64,000 nucleotides of DNA from Chrysomallon squamiferum (GCA_012295275.1 CM022668.1:5022001-5086000), one strand, 5' to 3'. Shown: positions 13,455 to 44,894, numbered from the stretch's first letter. The notes: a model not told the origin generated them from the letters alone. Made by a program: numbers and translations.

Positions 13455-13990
13455 GTTGTTTACTCTGTGCTGCACAAGTCCATCAAGAAAAGGACGATGG
13501 GTCGCTGAATATAAACTGTTGTTTACTCTGTTATATCCCGCACAAGACAATCAAGAAAAGGACGATGGGTCGCTGAATATAAACTGTTGTTTACTCTGTT
13601 ATATCCCGCACAAGTCCATCAAGAAAAGGACGATGGGTCGCTGAATATAAACTGTTGTTTACTCTGTTATATCCCGCACAAGTCCATCAAGAAAAGGACG
13701 ATGGGTCGCTGAATATAAACTGTTGTTTACTCTGTTATATCCCGCACAAGTCCATCAAGAAAAGGACGATGGGTCGCTGAATATAAACTGTTGTTTACTC
13801 TGTTATATCACGCACAAGACAATCAACAGAAAAACGAGCTGAATATAAACTGTTGTTTACTCTGTTATATCCCGCACAAGTCAATCAAGAAAAGGACGAT
13901 GGGTGGCTGAATATAAACTGTTGTTTACTCTGTTATATCACGCACAAGACAATCAAGAAAAAGACGATGGGTGGCTGAATATAAACTGAG
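13455..13990. repeat. 68-bp minisatellite, about 8 units
   Basis: GTCGCTGAATATAAACTGTTGTTTACTCTG... recurs at 13501, 13569, 13637 and onward. The duplicate region has only a single unit (~56310-56380). Confidence 0.9.
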
Positions 13991-14204
13991 AACGATTAAT
14001 AATTATTGTCTTATCACATTTCAATGAAATTACAAAATGGCACGTGCTGCTCTCGGGCGAATCCAAACAGAACAAAACATTTAGTTGAACTTTTATTTCA
14101 CTCTGTACACGTAGTCGAAATAAACAAACAATTGCAAATCTCACATTTTCATTATTCCCATAGTTAGACAAAGTCGTCACTACAGGTAAGATGAAAAGAT
14201 GAAA

Positions 14205-14291
14205 ATGAAATATTTTCTGATTATTTGTGTGTTGGTTCTAACATGTCTGATTGTAGCAGAGTCACACCTTGAAAGCTGTAGTCAAAACTAA
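14205..14291 (+). pseudogene. Truncated exon-1 copy [28 protein letters not shown]
   Basis: Homolog of exon 1 lacking the HWGWGHEG segment. The donor GT is replaced by CT, giving an immediate TAA. Confidence 0.7.
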
Positions 14292-14329
14292 GTTATTTAG
14301 TTTTTATCTATTAAAATAATAATAATAAC

Positions 14330-14394
<65 letters not shown>

Positions 14395-14970
14395 AGATAA
14401 AAGATAAAGTGTTTCTTTAACACAAATATAAATTTGTTAGAAGAAAGACAATTAAGAGGAAAGAGATGGTATTTCTTTAACACAAGTATAAATTTAGTAC
14501 TAGGACCATATATAATAATAATAATAAAAAAAAAAATAATAATAATAACAACAACAATAAATAAAAAAGAATTCAATGAAGTAAATCAAATAATATTAAA
14601 TAGAAATTATAATATTACTAAAACAAAAACTAAATTAATAAATAAATTGCAAGAATATTAGAAGAGTTGTTTTCTACTGTTGATTTTTTCGCTGCTGTTA
14701 CTTACTGTTTATCTCGTCCCAGGTGCTCGATAGAAAAACGATGGGTGGCTGAAAGTAAACAGAAAATGAAAGACGTTTACAATAACAAACTGGTATTAAA
14801 TTGAAAGATGACAGGTATAAATCTCTAGGGAGTAGAAAAACAAAACTTAAAATCTACGTGGTATTTTTCCAATGTACACGTTGACAAATAAAATAGTTTA
14901 TAAGTCTCACATTTCCAATGTCCACAGAGCTCGACAAAGTCCTGAGTACAAGAAGCAGAAAAAACTGAAA

Positions 14971-19689
<4,719 letters not shown>

Positions 19690-20846
19690 AAAGAAATTAA
19701 CGATGTTCATCTTTCTAAGACAAATGACTGGATTTATTTATGTCGTTCGTCAAAGCTTCTGCCTCGTAGACTATTATCAAGGTGATCAGTTACCATATTT
19801 GACTTCGACAAAAATATTTATTTTATTTTAAATTATGGATTATTCGGTTGTTTCAAGCTCGCCTGTCAGTTTTCTTACTGAGGTGATTGAACTTAATGTC
19901 ATACATCTATTTACATTTTCTAATTCCATTGTTTCTTTTTCAGACATGGTCTAAAAGACAAACCCGAGAAAGAAAATTCATTCATGTTAATGATAAGAAT
20001 TCAACAAAAATATGAAAATATTATTTCTCTTGACTTTTACGTTATAGTTTTTATTTCTGATCAATTTTTTTGTGTTTTTCTGGTCTTAATTTTTAAATTT
20101 ATTATTATTATTATCATCATCATCATCATCATTATCGTCATCATTATTATTATTATCATCATCATCATTATCATTATCATCATCATCATCATTTGTATTG
20201 TTAGTGACAATCATTATTTTCAGTAATTATTTAAGTATTGTTAAATTAGTGACAATAATTATTTTCTTAAAATTATTTGGTTTATCATTTTCGTGTAAAA
20301 ACTAACACACTATCTTATAATTAAGCTACTGAGAAATGTACACAATATCGTAGACAGTTATTTTCACAATGAAATATATAATATTTGCTGCAACATCACC
20401 AGCAAAATTAAATTTAGAAAATAATAATAATTGCAGCAGAGCCAGTTTAAACAAACTGCTAAGTGTATTGTTTTGTTAATTTAATTCCAAATGTGTAACG
20501 TGATCTCTGTCTGGAATTGAAAAAAATAATAACAATGATATCTCACGATATAGTAATAATTACAGCAAATTTAATAGTAATAAAAACAAATACAATTATG
20601 GATGATGAAGATATAATTTAACTTTTTTTTCTTTTTTTTTTTTTTTTCTTTTTTTTCCAGAAGTAAAAAAATATGTTTTATTACATGTAAATGTATATTT
20701 TTTTTACACTTAAAAGTACATTTTAATACAGGTAAAGGTTTATTTTATTACAAATAAAAGTAAAGTTTATTGCAAGTACAAACATAAAGTAAATCTTATT
20801 TTTCTCTATCGCACTGTTGATCTGGTTTGTTCTCAGCTGTCTGATT

Positions 20847-22584
20847 TTATCGTTTAACTGAAAAAAAGAAGAAAAAAGTTATAAAACAACAACAAAACAT
20901 AACAAACAATATTATAGTAGTACTTCGACTTACGAGTGCTCCACCTTACGAATTTTCCGAGTTACGAGCAGTCGCCCTGCCGAATTTTTGCTTTGAGTTG
21001 CGAGCTGAAATCCGAGTTACGAGCGAGCTTCAAATACGCCGTAGTTAGTTGGCGCAACGAACAACATATCATCAACCCAGCATCTCGCGTCTCACACGTT
21101 TACTTGACGTGGTTACCTCCCCGCGTAAACATCTCTGTTGGTTTATGTTCGCGTTGTGTCCTAAGAAAGTGAGTGCAAAGGACAGTGCTGAGAAGAAAAA
21201 GTGGATAATGTCCATTGAATTAAAGCATGAAATCATATAAAAACATTAGCGAGGTGTTCACATAGTCGACTTGGCTAGGCAGTACGAGCAAAGTTACTCT
21301 ACGATATCTACCATACTGAAGCAGAAGGAGTCGATAAAGCCTGTAACTTCAGCTAAAGGCGTTAAAATAATTTGTCTGATCTCCAAGATAGATACACTTT
21401 ACAAAACCAATTTATTTGTCTATATTCTGTTCTATTTTATTTTTATACAATATTTGTCATTTATAAATAAATTTTTCTTGGAAAAACACGTTACAAAAAC
21501 TTGAAGTGGTTTTGGTGGGACTGGAACGGATTAATGGTATTTCAAATAATTTCAGTTTGGAAAACTGATTTGATATACGAGCACTGTGAGTTACGAGCTC
21601 GGTCACGGAACGAATTAAACTCGTAAGTCAAGGTGCCACTGTATTATAAAATGATATTTCTGTTGCAATAGAGATAGATAGAATGTGTAATCAAGCAGGT
21701 GCATGGATATGTATATGTATGAATGAAATATTATGCTTAAATATATGTATGTACATATATATGTATGTATGCATTTGTGTATATAGGTATGTGTGTTTAT
21801 GTTTCAATGTATATTTCAGTATGTGAATGCGGAAAATAAATTAATAATTAGAATGCTGACTTGCTTCAATGCAAAGTGAAACAAAATACGTTAGCAATAC
21901 GTCTAAGTTTGAAATTTAATAAAAAAAATAAATGTCAACACTACTTTAAACAGTAAAGACTACATTTAGTGTTTAAAACTTTATATATACAGTATATGAA
22001 AAATATACGCATGCATTTATGTATATACACATTTAAACATACATATGTATGAATGAATCTGAAGGTGTATGTATGTACGTATGTATAATTTTAATGCTAA
22101 CTTGTAGGCGCTTCTTTATGAAATAGATTTCAATTACAAATTTAGTTTTGTTTCACTACGTTATTTTATATACCATTATTTTATATTGTAAAATATGCAT
22201 AATATGGAATTGGTTTCCTATGCATTAAATTTTGTACGCATCAACGTATTTCTGTATATGTTTAGCATTAAATATTCTGTGGTCTTAAATTTTCTGTATA
22301 TTTATTTGTACTTATGTATGCATGTATGTATCTACATATGTTTGTACGTGTGAGTTTCAGTCATTTTGTACGTATATATGTATGCATGTTTTGTTTATTT
22401 TTCAAAATACGTGTCCATATAATCTCATTCTGAAAGCAGAAGATACATTAATTAAAAAAGAAAAACTTACCTGTTGTAGACGTTTCTATACGTTAGGAAA
22501 CAAGCTTTAGATTGAATTTTAATAAAGTTTTCAGGAAAAATACTGATTTAATTATTAAACGTTTTATGGTATATATCTTATACA

Positions 22585-22675
<91 letters not shown>

Positions 22676-23276
22676 TTGCGGTTCAGAAGTTAGACCTTAA
22701 TAGATATTTAGTAATATTAGATTTCTTTGTGTACCTGTAATTTGACTGAACAGTTTATTTTCGTTGTTTTAAAATTAAGATAAATAAATTATAATTTAAT
22801 AATACACATATCTGATGTAAAGGAAAATAAATCAGAAATTGATGTAATATAAACTTACTAATATCTATGTTTATATCTTACTTTGCGATTCGCAGTCATC
22901 AAGTTGTTTTTTCAAAATGAAATAATATTTATTTATTTATTTATTTATTGACGGTGATGAAGATGTTGTAATGATGATGACGATAATGAGATAAAAAGTT
23001 ATTAAATCTTACACTATAAAATGAAATTAAAAGATTATTCTACGTTGAGAAGAGAGCGTGTCTTAAATATTTTATTTTTGGTTTTGTTTTCTTTGTCTAT
23101 TTATTTATTCATTCATCCATTCATTTATGCATTTATTCATTATTCCATTCATTAGAATAACAAAGTGATATATCGGATAATTTCTTTGTTTATTTACTTT
23201 GATGTCGCATCGGCTTACTGTTCTTTAGAAATATTTAATGAAAACAAATAATAATAAAATAAAATAAATAAATAAA

Positions 23277-23318
<42 letters not shown>

Positions 23319-23333
23319 AACTACTACTACTAC

Positions 23334-23370
<37 letters not shown>

Positions 23371-24060
23371 AATAAATAAATACGTAAATAAATAAATAAT
23401 AACAAAATAGTAATTAAAGGTGTCTACAAATTATAAGAACATAACTCGGGCATTTTTAATTATGCGGTTTAACGACTCTAACTCATTGAGGAAGATTCTG
23501 TAATGTACAGTGAAGTTACATCATTAAAAAAAGATGATTTTACCAAATCTATTATAAAATAATATAAATACCTACACATCAGCTGTGCAAAATTTAAAAC
23601 AAAAACACAACAACCTCACCCCTCATGTCCTTCCTCGTCCCCCCCCCAAAAAAAACACCCCCAAAAAAGTGAAGAAGTAAATATGTTATTTAGAAGTTTT
23701 AAACACTTTAAAAGCATGAAACATGACAAAATACCTGGTTCAGGTAAGTAAAATAGCCTATGATCTAAGAGTAATTCAAAAAAATTACTGAAGAAAAAGA
23801 AAAGACAACAAGAAAACAAACACTAGAGAAACAAAACAAAACAAAACAAAAATGTTAATTATAAAAGTAGAAAATAAAAATTAAAAAATGGTTACTTTTA
23901 ACTGCGAAATTATTTTCAAGATCGCTTAATTTAAGCGACAAAACAAATAAATTTACCTTCCAAAGCAAAGACCCGCATGAAAATGGCTCCGCCATCTTCC
24001 ATGTGACTCTGCTGTAGCCAGACATGCTACGACGACGGCGATAAGTAGAAGTAGTTTCAT
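20847..24060 (-). pseudogene. Gene D: divergent family member, probably damaged: MKLLLLIAVVVACLATAESHGRWRSHFHAGLCFGR ... LKKQLDDCESQ-KTSTT-EAPT-(T)-IKR*
   Basis: Exon 1 is 24060-23957 (donor gtaaat, phase 2). The exon-2 3' half is 22916-22882 (acceptor reads CAT, not CAG). Micro-exons are 22485-22471, 22113-22102 and possibly 21863-21861. The terminal exon 20857-20847 has its stop at the same position as gene A. Confidence 0.6.
20915..21641 (+). mobile_element. Tigger/pogo-like (Tc1-mariner superfamily) non-autonomous DNA transposon
   Basis: Imperfect TIRs TAGTAGTACTTCGACTTACGAGT / ACTCGTAAGTCAAGGTGCCACTG with TA on both sides. Internal remnant CPKKVSAKDSAEKKKWIMSIELKHEII*KH*RGVHIVDLARQYEQSYSTISTILKQKE resembles a CENP-B/psq-type HTH. 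The paralogous site at ~6150-6230 is empty. Confidence 0.85.
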
Positions 24061-25074
24061 GGTTGTTGTCTTCTTTTCACTTCTTCTGTTGAATTGATTA
24101 CAGAATGAAGATCTCTGAGTGTGGCTTATAAATATTACTGAGATGTGCGAACGTGACAAGAGAACAGATCACGTGATTCAGATCTGTGCAGATCGTAGCG
24201 TGCTGTTCAGTTTATTATCAAAGGTGTTGTCAGTAAAAAAAATAATAATAATAAAAAAAGCTTTTTCGTAATATTCGATACAAACAGTGATATGTGTTTT
24301 AGTTTAGTCTCAGAGTTGTCGTGCTTTAAATAAATTATTTTGTTATCATCTTATACCTGGTCTCATTTTATTTATTTATTTATTTATTTGTTTGTTTGTT
24401 TGTTTGTTTGTTTGTTTGTTTGTTTGTTTATTTAGTTATTTATTTGTTTGTTTGTTTGTTTGTTTATTTGTTTATTTATTCTTGTGTTTGTTTTATTTTG
24501 TTACATCTTTATTTTCGTTTTTAAAATGTTTACTTGTTTCTATCTTTATGTATTATTTTTTCATTGTTTATCTCTATATAATTCTTTCTTTTATTTTCTA
24601 TCTCCGACTTTTCCTCTTTTTTCACAATTTCTTTATTACTTCTTTTTCTATCTGTCTGTTTCCATCTTTCTCTCTCTAACGCTGTTGTTTCTATCTTATT
24701 CTCTCAATCTTTCTGAGACTGTCTCTCTAAGTATCTATCTGTCTCTCTTTCTCACTTGTTCTTATTTTACTTTCTTAGCCTCTTTCTTCTGACAATCTAA
24801 CAAACTAATACCAATACCCGTGTTCCTTGATTGTTTAAGTCAGATTCCATCGAATTTTAAATAAACATATTTCAAAATATTTATCAGTTTTAAAGTAATG
24901 GACTTTTGTTGTTTTATTTTAAATATTTATTTTTCCCTTGATTTCAGTTTAAAAACAATACACAAAAAAACACCAAAAAACCCACGAAATAAACAAAACA
25001 GCAACAAAAAACAAAAAAAAAGAAAAGAAAAGAAAAACGAAAATGAAAAAAGAAAAAACAGAAAAACAGAAATC

Positions 25075-25235
25075 TCAGTCTACCTATGTTCGAAAAAGTC
25101 AGTTGTCCTTGGTACACGGTGCCTGATTTTTCAGTAATAAAATATTTATCAACTGATCTGAGACCCATGCTGCTAACGTAGAATTAACTGTAGATGACAG
25201 ATGCTGAGTTTTCTGCGTATTACTATCTTAAAGTT
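25075..25235 (+). mobile_element. SINE-like repeat family 2, 3' part followed by a (TATG)n tract
   Basis: Core shared with 540-720, 61245-61405 and 63480-63610. Confidence 0.55.
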
Positions 25236-25970
25236 TGTACTGTGTGACCGAATATATATGTCTGTATGTATATGTGTGCATGTATGTGTATGTATGTATG
25301 AATGTATGTATGTATGTGTGTATGTGTTTATATGTGTATGTGTCTAAGCATTTATGTGTCTGTATGTATATATGTATATATCTATGAAGTATATATATGT
25401 ATGAATGTGTCTGTGTGTATGTGTTAATGTATGTGTATATGTATGTATTTATGTATGTATATATGTATGTGTGTATGTGGTTATGTTTGTATGTGTCTAA
25501 GCATTTATGTGTCTCTGTATGTATATATGTATATATCTATGAAGTATATATATGTATGAATGTGTCTGTGTGTATGTGTTAATGTATGTGTATATGTATG
25601 TATTTATGTATGTATGTATGTATGTATGTGTGTATGTGTCTAAGCATTTATGTGTCTCTGTATGTATATATGTATATATCTATGAAAGTATATATGTATG
25701 AATATGTCTGTGTGTATGTATGTATGTGTTAATGTATGTGTATATGTATGCATTTATGTATGTATGTATATATGTATGTATCTACGGTTTCTTTTCTACT
25801 TCTTTGACTTCCTTACTTACTAATAGTCTCTGAGAAAAGGAGAGTCAGTTTTTAATATTAAACAAATGAGGGTTATTTATAAGGAAGAGTTATATAGATA
25901 CGTACTCAGACTATGATCATTCTATTGTCTGCACATAATAATAATCATAATAATAATAATAATAATAATA

Positions 25971-26005
<35 letters not shown>

Positions 26006-26414
26006 AACAAGACGAAGAAGAAGAAAAATCGAAATGTTGAATTTTAGTGATGTCTGTACAATATACTCTAAGAAAGGTCCTATGAAATATCTGTATATTG
26101 ATTGTATTACTTATCTCTCTTTATTTGTTCTCTCTTTCTTCCATGTCTATCCCTCTCTTTTCACCCGTATCTCTACATTTCGCTTTTCAGTCTTAGTTTC
26201 TCTACAATTCTGTGCCTTACTCACTCTGTTGGTGTCTCTTTTTTGGTCTCTACTGAAATACCAATATAAATAATTATATTCATTAGTTGGATTTTCTCAA
26301 TTTTCGACATGTTTAATACTACTTGACAATCCTATAACAATAGCTTTCACTGCTTTATTTTAAATACTTATTTTTCTCTGAAAAATAAACATCAGTCGAC
26401 CGTTAATCTGTGTG

Positions 26415-26625
26415 CAGAAAGAAGTCACGTGATAACCTTCGGTGGTTCGAACCCCACGCCGACCGCACCAACCCACACTCGTCACGTAGGCTTCGGCTTG
26501 TAATTCAGAGTTAGGGGTCACCTTGAGAGAGTGCACGATCAATTCTCCTCAGTACACTTTGTAACAGCGCGTGCATTCATCTTCGTGTTGTGTTATTAAT
26601 CAAATGTCTATCCACTGATCTGAGT
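26415..26625 (+). mobile_element. SINE-like repeat family 2, 5' part with pol III B-box GGTTCGAACCCC
   Basis: B-box at ~26444-26455. The longer copy at 62495-62760 links this head to the family-2 core. Confidence 0.6.
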
Positions 26626-26729
26626 TATCCTGTATGTATTGCAAACGATTTTTATTTGTTTTTATTTGTTTTTATATTTAATTTAATTTAATTTATTTTA
26701 TTTTTAATTTTTATTTTATTTATTAATTA

Positions 26730-26760
<31 letters not shown>

Positions 26761-26763
26761 TTT

Positions 26764-26799
<36 letters not shown>

Positions 26800-26911
26800 G
26801 TTTTTATTGTTGTTACATGTAAAAGCATATTTTATTATATGTAAAACTGTGCCTTATTATTATTATAGATGAAATTATATTTTATTACAGCTGAATATTT
26901 ATTATACTTAT

Positions 26912-27085
26912 ATGTCCGGTTTGCGAAGGAACTGGTGTTTTATAAGTTCGAATCTCTTCAGTGGCATGTGATGTTTGTGAAGGATTCTTTGGACTTCGTG
27001 TTGCTGTGTCAGTGCATTGTCTGTGTGCAGTCTAATCAGACGTACATGGGACAACAAAACATTCATTACTGTCTACATAAACACG
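26912..27085 (+). mobile_element. Diverged SINE family 1 copy
   Basis: AGTTCGAATCTC.TCAG.GGCAT ... CATTGTCT.TGTGCAG ... CGTACA ... AACATTCA matches 18255-18455. Confidence 0.5.
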
Positions 27086-27339
27086 TGAGTATAAACGCAT
27101 GAAGTAATACCAGATTGCTTGAATGTGTGTGGGTAAATGTGTCGATCTTTCTAGCAATGATTGGAAATGAAAATTAGAAAAATAAAAGTTATTCATAATA
27201 GATCAATGTACAAATTAGCAAAAAAATAATAATAATAATAATACCATTACGTTACACGAAGGTATATTTTATTAAGGGAAAAGTATTTTTTACTGTTAAA
27301 CTGTTACTTTTTTAAAGGTAAAAATATATTTTATTACAG

Positions 27340-28164
27340 TTAAAAATGTAAAGTTGGAACTGTCATTTCTCTGTATTTCTCTATTTGTCTGGTGTATGTA
27401 CGTATGTATATATGTGAAATAAATAAAAATAAAGTACTTATTGTAGGAGCTATAATATAAAACAGAAAATAAAAAAAAATATAAAAAAAATAAATAGTAC
27501 AAATATCAGAAACAGTTTAATCAAGAAAAAATGTATTTTAATGTATTATTATATGTATATGTGTTTCTTGTATGTATGCATGTAAGTATGTATATAAAAG
27601 GTCTCTGTTATTGAATTTGAATGAGAATATTTACCAATTGTAGGAGCTTCAATATGATCAAGACAAAAAAATAATAATAATTTAATTACATTTTCCAAAG
27701 TGATTTCTATCTTGAAACTATTTTTAGTGATTACATAACTTTTGTTCAATACATTAAGGAATATGAGATATAAGCTCATGAAGTATATTCATCAAGCAAA
27801 AATGTATTTTCATGTGTAATTATACGTATGTGTATTTAATGTATGTATGTATGTATGTGTGTATGTATGTATGTATGTATGTATGTTGGTATGTTGGTAT
27901 GTTGGTATATATGTATGTATGTATGTATGTGTGTATGTATGTATGTATGTATGTATGTTGGTATGTTGGTATGTATGTATGTATGTATGTATGTGTGTAT
28001 GTATGTATGTATGTATGTATGTTGGTATGTTGGTATGTATGTATGTATGTATGTTGGTATGTTGGTATGTATGTATGTATGTATGAATGTATGTACGTAG
28101 GTAGTTAGGTTTCTATTAAATGAATTTAAAAAAGAACAAAACCTACTTGTTGTAGGAGCTTCAG
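27340..28164 (-). pseudogene. Gene F relic or alternative 3' arm: micro-exons 28164-28147 (xEAPTT), 27646-27635 (TPTI), 27449-27438 (APTI, weak donor) and a degenerate terminal exon
   Basis: AG/GT-flanked 18- and 12-nt exons homologous to the CCTACAACA family, followed by the AATAAA-array UTR. No 5' exons of its own were found. Confidence 0.55.
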
Positions 28165-28491
28165 CTACCAAAACAAAATTAAATTTCAAATCTAATAAAG
28201 ATTTTGAGCGTCATTTGAAATACTAATGTACATTATGTATATTATTTCATATGTTAAAGTATTTGTGTGAGGAAATTAATGTATCATGCTTCAGTTTATG
28301 TATATGTGTACCTGCATATGTGTTTCTGTATGCATGTGTATATATATATACATTTATAGATAGATAGATAGATAGATAGATAGGTAGATAGATAGATAGA
28401 TAGATAGGCATTTGTGAATGTATGTAATTATGTATGTATATATATTTTCGTGTGTATGGATGTATGAACGTGTGTATGTATATGTAAATTA

Positions 28492-28531
<40 letters not shown>

Positions 28532-28642
28532 GCTTATTGGTCTTTAAATCTGCTAATTGTTTGACTGTTGTAATGAGATTGATTATCTCCACTGAACTAA
28601 TTTCTGTACGGTTTGGGATGTAAGTTATAGCAATGTCAAAGT

Positions 28643-29330
28643 ATGACAATGACCATGACAATGACTTTATTCTCATAAACTGTAGATTACAGTACAGAGA
28701 AGAATGTATTACAGATATATAATAACAAAATTAAAATGCACATGCGTGGAAGTTTAACGTGGAGGACATTCTCTCTCAGACATAGTTCTTACTAACAAAC
28801 TTAGCCGTTTTAATATGAATATATTTTTACTGTTAAACAAATTATCATAGGAAATTAAATTTGGATGTCTGGAATACCTTTTCTCGCATTTAATAATACA
28901 GAATCATTACATTCAAATATATAATGAAATTCATCTCAAGTTTTGTTAAGATTACAGATATGACATCTTCTGTTTTTCTAATTTCAATTCATTTTTTTTA
29001 TTGTTGTTAAATTATAATTAATACCCTTTGGAGACGTTTCAATTTGATTTTTCCATAATTGTTGAAATCGATAATCGAATATATTGGATATCGTTTCATG
29101 TAACCGTTTGACATTATCAAAGTTATGATATGTCCATGTATATGATAGACCAGTAATCTAAAATATTTTTTAACAAATATCAGATGTTGTAGATTTGGCA
29201 ACTGTAAATAACAAAGTAGGGTCTATAATGAGAATGGAGCAAGAAAAAGTTTTTTGATAAAGTTTCTAAAAAATTTACATTTAAAGTTTTAAATGAATTT
29301 AATTTCGGAATTTACTATTTACATTCGTAG
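28643..29330 (-). mobile_element. Non-LTR retrotransposon (LINE) 3' end
   Basis: Minus-strand remnant ENRRCHICNLNKT*DEFHYIFEC (C-terminal CCHC motif of LINE ORF2), ending in AATAAA plus a (GTCATT)n-like tail. Confidence 0.7.
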
Positions 29331-29778
29331 ATTAGGGATTTATATGCGACATAAAAACTTTCTTTTGACCTCCCAGTAGAGGTGTTAGACAGCGACGGCT
29401 AATTTCGATGTTACTCTATGTAGTTGTTATACGTATGCAGGTATGTGTGTTTGTGTGTGTATGTTTGAACGTATGTATGTGTTTGCATCGGTTTTAGCAA
29501 ATGAAAACCAAAAAATAATAACAATAATAATAACCAATAGTAGATCAAAAAGTACAACAGAAATCAATAAATTAACAAATATATTTTGCTGCAGGTAAAA
29601 TTATATTTTATTACAGATAAAAGTATATTTTATTACAGATAAAAGTATATTTTATTACAGGTAAAAGTATATTTTGTTTCAGATAAATTTATATTTTATT
29701 ACAGGTAAAAGTTTAAGGTGGAAAATGTTTTTTTTCTGTTTCGTTCTGATATTTGGTCTGTCTTCACAATTGTCTGTT

Positions 29779-42759
<12,981 letters not shown>

Positions 42760-43013
42760 CTGTAATAAATTGAACAGTTTTATTAAAACTTGATATTTCA
42801 TCACCGAAATTTCAGAGATAATGTACAGACAGATCTATAGAGATAGATGTAGACAGATAGAGAGACGGACAAGAAGATACACAGAGACATGGATAGAGGG
42901 GAGATATTTATACGTGCTTGTTTGTTTAGATATCTATCTATCTATCTATCTATCTTCATCTATATGTGTGTCTGTATTGTGTTGTATGTGTCTGTACTTG
43001 TATGTAAACATTA

Positions 43014-43213
43014 NNNNNNNNNNNNNNNNNNNNNNNNNNNNNNNNNNNNNNNNNNNNNNNNNNNNNNNNNNNNNNNNNNNNNNNNNNNNNNNNNNNNNNN
43101 NNNNNNNNNNNNNNNNNNNNNNNNNNNNNNNNNNNNNNNNNNNNNNNNNNNNNNNNNNNNNNNNNNNNNNNNNNNNNNNNNNNNNNNNNNNNNNNNNNNN
43201 NNNNNNNNNNNNN
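43014..43213. other. Assembly gap (200 N)
   Basis: Run of N. Confidence 1.
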
Positions 43214-43345
43214 TATCTTAAATCGAAAACGTTATAGATAGACAAACACAGATACACATACACACAAACACGTACAAACATCTGGATAAATATCACATAT
43301 TTCTTTAGGTAGAAAACAAATTAAAAATAATGTTTGATCTCTTAC

Positions 43346-43738
<393 letters not shown>

Positions 43739-43952
43739 CTAGAAAAGATAAAACATATGTGATGTTACACGTGTCAGTTATTGCTTCTCCAGAAAAGAAA
43801 AAGTCTCGTATCCTTCATGTCGTTGTACTTTAGAAACAAGATAACAAACTACACTTAAATTTTATCTGTCTTATTTTGCTTTTTTTAGTTTTTATAATAA
43901 ATTGACATACATACATACACAGTATTCGTCTTTCCTATAGTATTACTATTAC

Positions 43953-44018
<66 letters not shown>

Positions 44019-44751
44019 TGTTGTTGTTAATATTACCATTGTAGTTGATGTTATTATAAAGTGTGTTGATGTTGGTGTAAGTGGTGATGTTTATTTTAGA
44101 TACATATTATTAGTGGAATCTATCGCGACCCTCACGTGACTAGGTGAAATGTCACTGTTGTGACGTAGAATAGAAAATAGGTCATCAGAATTACAAAATA
44201 TTGGATACTTAATTTTTGTCACGTGACAGTCGCCAGGTTATGGAAATAATTAGATGGCTGTCTTCCTCTTTTTCTTTTTCTATATTGTTGTCTCACTCAT
44301 CTAACACACTAACATTAATGTTTAAATCCAGGTCCCACTGGCTCGAATTGTCACCATCTTTATTACTATTTGTCTGTTCCATCAAGTTACCGGCAGCTCA
44401 CCTCTGGTTTTCACTGTTTTATTTTATATACACATTTATCTCTAATTCCATACAAAAAAATAAAAATAAAATGTAATGCATCTTGATGAAAATACACTAA
44501 TCAATAACGTGATCATCTTCACACGAAGTAAGGTCACGTAGACTGTGTCACCTTCAGATGTTATGGTCATCGCTCTGTTTTTAAATTAATCAAATAGAGA
44601 GAGAGTCTACGAAAATATGTGTTTTCTTACAATGTGTGATCTGATATTTTTTTTTTTCTATTTTAACTATATCGGAAATATTAGTTATTTTTTGTTTTAG
44701 GTTTTTATGTGCCTTGACGAAATCTAATTTTGAGCTTGATTTTCCTTTTAG

Positions 44752-44894
44752 ACTGTGAAGATCATCCAGCAGGAGATTCAGCCTGTGATACTCAACAAAA
44801 CCGTAGTGACTCTGCTGGCCAAGTAACTGACAATTACACCTGCACGGATCCAAACCACGTGAGCTGCTACGATACATCTTCGTTAACTGAATGA
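44752..44894 (+). pseudogene. Orphan Cys-domain terminal exon DCEDHPAGDSACDTQQNRSDSAGQVTDNYTCTDPNHVSCYDTSSLTE*
   Basis: Duplicate of 4295-4437. The frame is open but Cys3->Arg and Cys5->Ser. The upstream micro-exons were not co-duplicated. Confidence 0.65.

Noticed and set aside
13455-13990. CRISPR-like periodic array
   Set aside because: The units are near-identical along their full length with no unique spacers, and the context is eukaryotic.
25097-25225. Apparent minus-strand exon xSNTQKTQHLSSTVNSTLAAWVSDQ...
   Set aside because: It is part of the dispersed SINE-like repeat, and other copies (540-720, 62640-62760) have stops in this frame.
26440-26460. tRNA gene suggested by GGTTCGAACCCC
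   Set aside because: No cloverleaf could be built; the B-box belongs to a SINE-like repeat.
44338-44405. Signal-peptide-like stretch LARIVTIFITICLFHQVTGSSP
   Set aside because: There is no ATG, no convincing donor and no paralog in the window.
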